64,000 nt of DNA from an uncultured Candidatus Saccharibacteria bacterium (GTDB taxonomy: Bacteria; Patescibacteriota; Minisyncoccia; Phycocordibacterales; CAIZLB01). Below are positions 50,065 to 57,667 of the stretch, piece by piece. The position numbers and the translations under genes are program-made. The notes under the pieces were generated by a model. That model did no database searches. It was not told where the DNA came from and was given only the letters and a program-made list of their open reading frames with translations. Every line of letters begins with the position of its first letter. Within the stretch, counting starts at the first letter, position 1. The DNA is taken from the NCBI GenBank assembly GCA_964450605.1, contig CAYVEK010000002.1, forward strand, positions 87,681-151,680, given 5' to 3'.

Positions 50065-50156
50065 TGCAGACACGACCATATCACACCCAGCCCCGAGGGT
50101 TTTTCGGGGCACTTTTTATTATTTGACTTCACTTACAAAAACACTATAATAACATC

Positions 50157-50282
50157 GTACTTCGAGTATTTAAAACTTCTCTAAGAGCAGAAAAACGGCT
50201 ACTGCCACTAGTCTTAGACTATTGAGATGGGGAGAACGTCGTACCCCAGAGAAGTTTTAAGTTCTTGAAGTATTTTTCTTTT
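50157..50282 (+). ncRNA. Putative structured antisense RNA
   Basis: TTGACT-16-TATAAT (50123-50150); 25-bp closing stem 50158-50182/50248-50272; three internal hairpins; T tract. Confidence 0.6.
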
Positions 50283-50650
50283 GCCAAAAACATAGTTACC
50301 AAAATATAACCTTTTATATTTGTATCGTATTCCAAAACAGCAACATGGGGTTTTGTTTTAAATTCACGATCGATATATTTAACAAACAAGAATCTTTTAT
50401 CTTTATTTTTTGAAATAAAAATTTGTTGGTGTGCAAAAGTTATCAAGGTTAGTTTATGTATTAGATATAAACCAATCTCATCTTTTTCTAAAATATGTTT
50501 TAGAGAAACCCTAGTACAAAAAACTTTACCTTTTGGGACATAATCTGAATTAATGTACATATTTAAATAAATAAGTTTGTGAGGATCTGGTATTTGATCA
50601 CCCCTATCAAACACTATTAATTCTTCAATTATTTTTTGTAACAAAAACAC
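50219..50650 (-). CDS. Small hypothetical protein, possibly BECR/RelE-like nuclease fold
   Basis: LKHILEK, FLFVKY, HVAVLE, YILVTMF beta-meander pattern; GTG start. Confidence 0.5.
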   Translation of the reverse strand: MFLLQKIIEELIVFDRGDQIPDPHKLIYLNMYINSDYVPKGKVFCTRVSLKHILEKDEIGLYLIHKLTLITFAHQQIFISKNKDKRFLFVKYIDREFKTKPHVAVLEYDTNIKGYILVTMFLAKEKYFKNLKLLWGTTFSPSQ

Positions 50651-50695
50651 TTAACCATCCTACCACCCCACCCATCAAGAAATTCTGAAGAAAAG

Positions 50696-51406
50696 TTAAA
50701 CTTTCCCTCCACCCATCCTCCACTCATCAATCTTTTTATGATCCCCACTCAATAAAACTTTTGGTACTTTATATTTTTTACCGCCCCACTCTAAAACCTC
50801 TGGTCGAGTGTATACATCATGAGATGAAACTCGACTCTCTTCTCTACTATCAAAATTACCGAGCACGCCTGGAACCTGTCGAGCAATAACATCCATCATA
50901 ACCATAGCTGGTAACTCACCACCTGTAACAACCCAAGGGCCTACTGATACATCCACCATCTTGTATGCTTTTTTAACTCGTGCATCGATACCTTCATATC
51001 GCCCACACAAGATGATAATGTCTGTGTATTTTTGAACCCAGGTATGAGCTGTTTCTGTTGTAAACTGTTCGCCACCAGGAGACAGAAAGATTATCAGTTT
51101 TTTACCTTTTCTTTTTCCTATCTTTTTGTCAGCTTTTTCTATAGCCTTAAGTACAGGCTCGGCTTTCATGACCATACCAGGACCTCCTCCGTACGGCCTA
51201 TCATCCACCATACGCAAAGGTTTCTCCTTAAACCGCTGTGCACCCTTTGGTTTTACAAAATCCCGAGGATTATAAAACTCAGTTTTAATATACCCCTCCT
51301 CTATCCCTCGAGCTATTATAGAAGCCTGTATATACGACGTAAAAGCCTCGCCAAAGAGAGTTATGAAGTGAAATGTAATTGGTTGTATCTTGGCCTTCTT
51401 AGCCAT
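50696..51406 (-). CDS. trmD: tRNA (guanine-N1)-methyltransferase
   Basis: VDDRPYGGGPGMVM, LCGRYEGID, TGGELPAM, YTRP, LLSGDH. Confidence 0.96.
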   Translation of the reverse strand: MAKKAKIQPITFHFITLFGEAFTSYIQASIIARGIEEGYIKTEFYNPRDFVKPKGAQRFKEKPLRMVDDRPYGGGPGMVMKAEPVLKAIEKADKKIGKRKGKKLIIFLSPGGEQFTTETAHTWVQKYTDIIILCGRYEGIDARVKKAYKMVDVSVGPWVVTGGELPAMVMMDVIARQVPGVLGNFDSREESRVSSHDVYTRPEVLEWGGKKYKVPKVLLSGDHKKIDEWRMGGGKV

Positions 51407-51472
51407 AGTCGACCGACCTAATGCGAGCTCCAAACGAAATGTCAAATGTGAGTGCAGTGGTCGGTCGACTAT
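51405..51472. promoter_or_regulatory. Perfect 14-bp inverted repeat overlapping the trmD start codon
   Basis: ATAGTCGACCGACC (51405-51418) / GGTCGGTCGACTAT (51459-51472). Confidence 0.6.
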
Positions 51473-51532
51473 ACCTACGAAAAACCTATAAAGTTCAACT
51501 ATAGCCCAGTATATCCCAGACTCCCTGAAAAC

Positions 51533-51610
51533 ACAAAACCCCGTCTTGCGACAGGGTTTTATGACATTTCGTTTTAGGAGCCTGCCATGAATTGCTTCTG
51601 GCGCTCACAT
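51533..51610 (-). ncRNA. Putative ~80-nt small RNA or attenuated leader upstream of trmD
   Basis: TTGACT-17-TAGTAT (51645-51617), internal hairpin, terminator at 51535-51560. Confidence 0.5.
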
Positions 51611-51663
51611 ACAGCCATACTAGCATATTTGATCTTAAAAGTCAAATATTAGGCCAGTTTTTG

Positions 51664-52365
51664 CTATTTTCGAGATGTAAGCTCTTCTTTTGCCTTCTTT
51701 AGGATATCTGTAGCCATCTCTTTTCCTCCTAATCCGAAAGATATACCTAGTGCAATAGATGCGGCAACAACAGCTCCAATAAACAGTGTGTTGATCAAAG
51801 TTACTGCGATTCCTAGCTGAACAAGGGCTGACAAAACAGCAAATACAATCACCGCCGCCTTTGTAACAGTTCCCAATGCTCGTGCTGAAGAAAGGTGTGC
51901 GTTTGCAGCGGCTGCTGTAACAGTCTTCTTAAGAACATCGGCAACAAGCACGGCAACAAGAAGTATAAGTACAGCGACAACTATTTTTGGTAGGTATATT
52001 GCAACCATTGTTCCGATAATAGCTGAAACATCACCTAGTCCTAGAACTTGTAATATCGCTAGGAACATAACTGTAATAATAGACCACTTGATAAGTCCAC
52101 CGAAAAATAGACCTGTGTTTAGATCCATACCACCTTTTTTCAAAAGGTTTTCTGCTCCAGCCTGTCGCAATGCAGAATCAAGTTTAATTTTCTCAAATAC
52201 AGTTTTAATAAGTTTGCCAATATAATCTGCAACGATCCATGTTGCGATAAATATAATAAAAGCAAAGAAAATAAGTAATCCGTATCCAAGTAACGCCTCT
52301 TTCACACTTTCGTATGAAGTTGTTACTGCTCCTCCTATACCTGTAGTCATGATTTGTGTTGGCAT
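51664..52365 (-). CDS. TM-helix-repeat (MscS/CmpX-like) membrane protein
   Basis: YLPKIVVAVLIL, ALGISFGLGGKE. Confidence 0.75.
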   Translation of the reverse strand: MPTQIMTTGIGGAVTTSYESVKEALLGYGLLIFFAFIIFIATWIVADYIGKLIKTVFEKIKLDSALRQAGAENLLKKGGMDLNTGLFFGGLIKWSIITVMFLAILQVLGLGDVSAIIGTMVAIYLPKIVVAVLILLVAVLVADVLKKTVTAAAANAHLSSARALGTVTKAAVIVFAVLSALVQLGIAVTLINTLFIGAVVAASIALGISFGLGGKEMATDILKKAKEELTSRK

Positions 52366-52417
52366 ATAAAATATAATGATTATGTTAAATTGATAACATC
52401 TTCATTATACCATATCC

Positions 52418-53203
52418 TTACCGGAAGAAACCCATCTTATCCATTGCTACGATATGCTCAAAATCCAGCACATCTCGTATAAGTCTATCCCCTATAGAGT
52501 GCCTGTATTTAAAATCTTCTTGATCTAAGGCAGCGTATTTTAGCTCTCGTCCCAGATCTCGTTCAAGTTCAGCTACAACCTCTGTTACCTGACCAGGAAT
52601 CTTGTCGAAAATAAGAATCATATCTATCGGTGATTGATGATTTGTCGCGTCGATGAAAAATCCAGATAGCAGTATCGTTTTCAAACGAGGAAGATCTTGC
52701 ACGTGTTCAACAATACGATCTTTGTCTCGAGGTACGGCTGATAAAATCAAATCAGTAATAGGTTGTCGAAGCGGAAAATCAGGATTCATCTGATATACTA
52801 CGGAATTATTTTTCTGTGCATCTGGAGTGATGATATTTTTACGTGAAGCAATCACTATTCCCTGTCGCATAAAATCTCGAAGGTCGGGGAGTAATTTGTC
52901 TGATTTAAGTTTTGTTAAATGAATCAGTTGTTTTAGTGTAAATTCTTTATGAGAATTTATAGAAAATATTTTCCACAACTTAGCTTTTGAATTTCCACCA
53001 AAAAGTTGTTCCATGAGAACTAACTCTGTTGGAACTTTTCCTGACAAAACACTTTCTTGCATCACTGGAGCTTCTTTTGTGATACGTTTTGTTACAGGTT
53101 TTACCTTCTTCTTAGTTTTTGTTTGAGTTTTTTTCTTGAATACTTTTTTGCTGTTCTTTTTTGCCACTTTTCGGACAACAGGTTTTCTGGATTTCTTTTT
53201 CAT
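52418..53203 (-). CDS. Winged-helix plus nucleotidyltransferase-like protein with Lys-rich N-terminus
   Basis: LFGGNSKAKL, IDMILI, ELERDLGRELKY. Confidence 0.55.
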   Translation of the reverse strand: MKKKSRKPVVRKVAKKNSKKVFKKKTQTKTKKKVKPVTKRITKEAPVMQESVLSGKVPTELVLMEQLFGGNSKAKLWKIFSINSHKEFTLKQLIHLTKLKSDKLLPDLRDFMRQGIVIASRKNIITPDAQKNNSVVYQMNPDFPLRQPITDLILSAVPRDKDRIVEHVQDLPRLKTILLSGFFIDATNHQSPIDMILIFDKIPGQVTEVVAELERDLGRELKYAALDQEDFKYRHSIGDRLIRDVLDFEHIVAMDKMGFFR

Positions 53204-53314
53204 ACACTATACATTTTATCACAGACCGATAAAAGAAAAACCCCGTAAGGGGTATCCCTTACGAGGTTTTTCTTGCGTAATTTGAGTCTGTGCAGACTTT
53301 AAAGTCTAAACTTA

Positions 53315-53725
53315 TTATTTTAGCTCAACTTTACCTCCAGCCTCTTCAACTTGCTTCTTAAGAGCGTCGGCATCTTCTTTCTTCATACCAGCTTTAAGAG
53401 TTGATGGTGCTGCGTCTACTAGATCCTTAGCCTCTTTTAGACCTAGACCCAGAACTTCTTTAACTACTTTGATAACAGCGATCTTGTTTGCTCCACCGTC
53501 TGCAAGAACAACATCAAATGATGTTTTCTCCTCAGCTGCGGCTGCGCCACCTGCTGCAGGACCAGCTACTGCAACTGCTGCAGCTGATACTCCAAATTTC
53601 TTTTCTAGGAATTTAACAAGTTCGTGTAGTTCGATAACTGACATCTTTTCAATGGCATCAACTACTGTTTTGAATTGAGCAGGAGTTTCAATAACTTCTG
53701 TCATGTTTGTGTCTACTTCTGACAT
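53315..53725 (-). CDS. rplL: 50S ribosomal protein bL12
   Basis: [27 protein letters not shown]. Confidence 0.96.
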   Translation of the reverse strand: MSEVDTNMTEVIETPAQFKTVVDAIEKMSVIELHELVKFLEKKFGVSAAAVAVAGPAAGGAAAAEEKTSFDVVLADGGANKIAVIKVVKEVLGLGLKEAKDLVDAAPSTLKAGMKKEDADALKKQVEEAGGKVELK

Positions 53726-53758
53726 AAATTTTTCTTAAATATTAATTAGTAAATTAGA

Positions 53759-54247
53759 TTAACCTTTCTTTTCCGCAATTGCGTTAAGAGCGAGTACAAA
53801 TCGCTGTATCGGTGAATTGATAAGTTGTACAAACTGAGCTTGAAGAGTCTTGATACCTGGAATAGAAGCGATAGTGATCATGTCACCTTTTGCTTTATAT
53901 TCTCCATCAAATACTCCACCAAGAATAGTAAGTTTATCTTTGAACTTTTTTGTAAACTCAAGAACTTCTCGAGCTGGAGCAAGTAGGTCTGCGCCGTATA
54001 CAAGTGCAACTTCGCCATCAAGGGCAGGAAGTTCTCCTGTAACACCAGCCTCAACCAACGCTCGTTTGATCAAAGTTTTCTTAGCAACTCTATATCCAAC
54101 ATCTGCAGATCGAAGAGCTTTTCGAACCTCTCCAACTTCACCAACGTTTATGCCGTGAAATTGTAGAAATACAACAGTCTTTGAATCAGCAAGTATCTTA
54201 GATACATCTGATACGATTTCACTCTTTTTTGACTTTGAAATCGCCAT
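53759..54247 (-). CDS. rplJ: 50S ribosomal protein uL10
   Basis: RKALR..YRVAKKTL; upstream of rplL. Confidence 0.93.
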   Translation of the reverse strand: MAISKSKKSEIVSDVSKILADSKTVVFLQFHGINVGEVGEVRKALRSADVGYRVAKKTLIKRALVEAGVTGELPALDGEVALVYGADLLAPAREVLEFTKKFKDKLTILGGVFDGEYKAKGDMITIASIPGIKTLQAQFVQLINSPIQRFVLALNAIAEKKG

Positions 54248-54279
54248 GGTTGTTTTGATTTAAATTGTTAATGTGTTTT

Positions 54280-54362
54280 TGTGGACCAACAATAGGTAGA
54301 AAAGACTTCTACATAGGGCTTCTGGACGACTAGGTCGCTTGCCTATGGTCTTGGAGGCCACA
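54280..54362 (-). promoter_or_regulatory. Probable L10 leader RNA
   Basis: Structured 5' UTR AAGACCATAGG...CCTATGTAGAAGTCTT upstream of rplJ. Confidence 0.5.
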
Positions 54363-54385
54363 TCGAAACAATAGCATATTTTCTG

Positions 54386-57106
54386 CTATTTTGCAATGAC
54401 TCCCCCGAGCACAAAGAGCAGGTATGCATAGTCAGCTCTGGTTGAGGCATATCTAGCCTTTAGGTTTGGATTATTTGAGTAGCGATCTATGTTTTTGATA
54501 GATCTTTTTATCTTCTCAATAAGTAGGGTTAGTTGTTTCTTTTGTTCATCAATAGTTCTTTTTTCTAGCTGATCGAGATATTTTATATATCTTGTTTTTA
54601 GATAAAAACCTGTGGTAGATGATGCGAGTCTTTGTTTTGTAATCTGTAGCTTTTCTTCGAATGTCTGCGTGGTCGTGGTAGCTTGTGATATCTCTATGGA
54701 ACCGTTTTTTGTTATATCTATAACACTTGTTGGAGTTATATACTCCTCTATATGCAAATCTGGTATAGATAGCACCGCATGATTATTTTGCATTGTGATG
54801 ATTGCGGGCATATATAGCGGAATATGCTCATATGTTTGAACTTGTATATTTCCTGTTGTTGGAGAGTTTGTTATATGAGCAACAGTTGTTGTTGATATGG
54901 CTCTACTTTGTATCTGCACTGATATATGTTTCGAAGAATTATCATTATCGTTCAGTTCAATATATTCTAAACCTTTATCAAAAGTTTTAAGCCCTACCTC
55001 ACCTTTTGACTCTATAAACGAGCTCGATATGTTTTTGTATGTTATAGGCTTTCCTTTCGTTGGTAAAATGCGCAGCTCAATAGGTTCAGCAAGAGGTTCA
55101 AGATCTTCTATAATAAGCCTACTGTATGTTTCTGCTTTTATATCTAAACCACTAGATGCAGTAGGGATATTATCAGAAAGTATATTATATATGTGTTGTC
55201 GAATACTCCCTTCATTCATCATATCGGCATGGGTATATCCAGTATCACTTAGATCAACTTCTGTTGTTATACCTGTTCTACCTCCACCCCGCTCAACAAC
55301 GCCATCTCCCATATTGTCATATAAAGGAATAGCTCTTTTAGTATGTTCTATAAAACCACTAACAGTTGGAACTCCGACACCGACTATTTGAAACTGTTGT
55401 ACACTTTGAATCTGTTCGCTTTGTATATATGAATGTATAGCCTTAGCTTTTTCAAATAAGTCGTGGTTAAAAACAGTAGAGCCTGTACGCAATACTTGGT
55501 TAAATTCTTCAACTGTATGTACAGCACTAGCACCAACTGCCATATCTCCAACATAATCAAAATATGTTTTTTGAGGAAGCAACATATACGCAGTTGGCAT
55601 ATTTTTTCCAAGATCTTTTGCCACAGAAGATTTTAGTATAAGCCCTCCCGCAACAGATTGTTCGTGGCCAAATAAAAGTGAAGTAACGGCTTGTGGTGTT
55701 CCATGCTCAGGTATGCCAACATATACAACCTTATCTATAGGTAGATATATATCGTGCTTCTTGGCATAGGCCAATAGATAACGAACGATCAATCCACCAT
55801 TACTGTGCGTAACCAAAGTCACCTTACCTGTTTTCGAATCTTTTGCTGATTGATATATCGAATCAAGTATATATCGAGTAAATGTTGACGTTCCATTTGA
55901 AAGCAATACTCCCTCTTGAAGCAGGGTGTCCGGCGCAAATCTCCAATCATATGGAACACTATCAAAATGACGTATGACTTTTTTAGAAACTAGGCTGTTC
56001 ATATCAGATACAAAGTCTTTGTATATAGACTTATCAAGCAATACTCCTCCAAAAATATTTGTTTTAGATAAAATATCTCTTGTATATATACCAGGTTCTA
56101 CAGCTTCTCCGTATTTATTCATAAAGAGTTTTTTAACATCAGCATTTCTGTTTGGTTCCCATAGCTGATTTTCATATCGACTATTTTTTTGATACAAACG
56201 ACTCCCCATGAGTCCTGGAAAAAATAAAACATTTGAACAGCATATAGTTAGATCTTTTCTGTTCTTTGTTTTCGACCATGGTGTGAAATGTATATTACCA
56301 AGCATCTTATTTAGAGGTTGAAGATCTGGCTGAGTTGAAGTGCCGAACCAGTTATCTGTTGCGTCTAAAGGTCGAAAAGATTCGGTGTCAACATCTTGTA
56401 CTATAGCGTACTGATTTTGATTAAAATCTGTTTTGTGTACAGATAGATTAGACGTCTGTACGAGTATGGCTTTATTATTTGCTTCAAAAAGTGAGTCTTG
56501 TATGTTTACGGTAGTGTTATCAAAACCATATATCCCCATATCAGTATTAATAAAATCAGAATCCCGTACATCAACAGTACTTGAGCTAAACAACTCTATA
56601 CCTTTACCTTTCCAATTTTTAAGTTTTGTATGTTTTATCATGAGCTTAGACTCTTTCCATACATTTATAAATCTGCCTGCTCCAAAACTGTCTGTGTATA
56701 AGTTGTCTATAGATATATCTGACTTGTTCCATCCGCTCATAAAAGAAGAATTGTTTTTTCCTATCAGTTTTACATGTTGTACATATGCACGATAGTTATC
56801 ACCTGATATAAGAGATGATGACATATTGTTTGCAGTGAAGACTGTTGGTTTTAGTTCTGTACCCAAAACAGATAACGAAGAGTTTTTAAAAAATATCGAT
56901 TTTTCAAACCTGACTTCGACACCAGAATCTATGCGCAAATCAGCATTTAAAAAGGTTGTCGAAGTTTTAACAACATATGGACTACCAGCCTTTGTCCATA
57001 CCACCGGTTTACTATATAAACCACCAACAATGGTTTCGGCATATATATGTTTTGGTGCACATGCACAAAGTATGCACATAATCGTGAAATATATTTTCAT
57101 GTACAC
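54386..57106 (-). CDS. Secreted beta-helix plus alpha/beta-hydrolase (LCAT/PGAP1-like) protein
   Basis: FPGLMGSRL, PYDWR, THSNGG nucleophile elbow, GDGVV, H near the end of the domain. Confidence 0.75.
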   Translation of the reverse strand: MYMKIYFTIMCILCACAPKHIYAETIVGGLYSKPVVWTKAGSPYVVKTSTTFLNADLRIDSGVEVRFEKSIFFKNSSLSVLGTELKPTVFTANNMSSSLISGDNYRAYVQHVKLIGKNNSSFMSGWNKSDISIDNLYTDSFGAGRFINVWKESKLMIKHTKLKNWKGKGIELFSSSTVDVRDSDFINTDMGIYGFDNTTVNIQDSLFEANNKAILVQTSNLSVHKTDFNQNQYAIVQDVDTESFRPLDATDNWFGTSTQPDLQPLNKMLGNIHFTPWSKTKNRKDLTICCSNVLFFPGLMGSRLYQKNSRYENQLWEPNRNADVKKLFMNKYGEAVEPGIYTRDILSKTNIFGGVLLDKSIYKDFVSDMNSLVSKKVIRHFDSVPYDWRFAPDTLLQEGVLLSNGTSTFTRYILDSIYQSAKDSKTGKVTLVTHSNGGLIVRYLLAYAKKHDIYLPIDKVVYVGIPEHGTPQAVTSLLFGHEQSVAGGLILKSSVAKDLGKNMPTAYMLLPQKTYFDYVGDMAVGASAVHTVEEFNQVLRTGSTVFNHDLFEKAKAIHSYIQSEQIQSVQQFQIVGVGVPTVSGFIEHTKRAIPLYDNMGDGVVERGGGRTGITTEVDLSDTGYTHADMMNEGSIRQHIYNILSDNIPTASSGLDIKAETYSRLIIEDLEPLAEPIELRILPTKGKPITYKNISSSFIESKGEVGLKTFDKGLEYIELNDNDNSSKHISVQIQSRAISTTTVAHITNSPTTGNIQVQTYEHIPLYMPAIITMQNNHAVLSIPDLHIEEYITPTSVIDITKNGSIEISQATTTTQTFEEKLQITKQRLASSTTGFYLKTRYIKYLDQLEKRTIDEQKKQLTLLIEKIKRSIKNIDRYSNNPNLKARYASTRADYAYLLFVLGGVIAK

Positions 57107-57183
57107 ATAGTTACATATGTGTATTCAAGAACATCCAAAGAAAACATAAAGACCACCCGAAGGTGGTCTTTATGTGTATGAGA

Positions 57184-57591
57184 TTATTCTGCTGACTCTT
57201 CTGCTTCTATATCTGCAGCATCTGCTTCAGCGATAGGAGTTCGAACCATCTGCATCTTAAGTCGTTTGTTGATCTCCTTAACAGCTTTGTCTCGGATGTA
57301 ATACAACTTAGCTCGTCGTACTTTTGATCGTTTTACGATCTCAACCTTATCAATGTTTGGAGAATATAGAGGGAAAATTCTTTCTACTCCGTATCCGTTT
57401 GAAGATTTTCGAACAGTGAATGTTGCTCCACTTTCTGTACCATGTTTTCGAGCGAGTACCATACCCTCAAAAACCTGAAGACGAGTTTTACCTTTTTCCT
57501 GGATCTTCTGGTGTACACGAACAGTGTCTCCTGATCGAATATCAAGAGCTTTTCGAGCGTTTTTATCTACTTGTGACAGTGTTATAGCCAT
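57184..57591 (-). CDS. rplS: 50S ribosomal protein bL19
   Basis: [28 protein letters not shown]. Confidence 0.96.
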   Translation of the reverse strand: MAITLSQVDKNARKALDIRSGDTVRVHQKIQEKGKTRLQVFEGMVLARKHGTESGATFTVRKSSNGYGVERIFPLYSPNIDKVEIVKRSKVRRAKLYYIRDKAVKEINKRLKMQMVRTPIAEADAADIEAEESAE

Positions 57592-57667
57592 AGGGACATT
57601 TTTAGCATATTTGAGGGTAATAATCAAGGGGACGGGTCAAAAAGGGCTTGGCTGTATAGGCTAGGGT

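Noticed and set aside
51560-51610. SAH riboswitch-like words GAGCGC, CAGGCTC and AAACG upstream of a methyltransferase
   Set aside because: The expected P1 partner and downstream pseudoknot strand are not in place; needs an Infernal test
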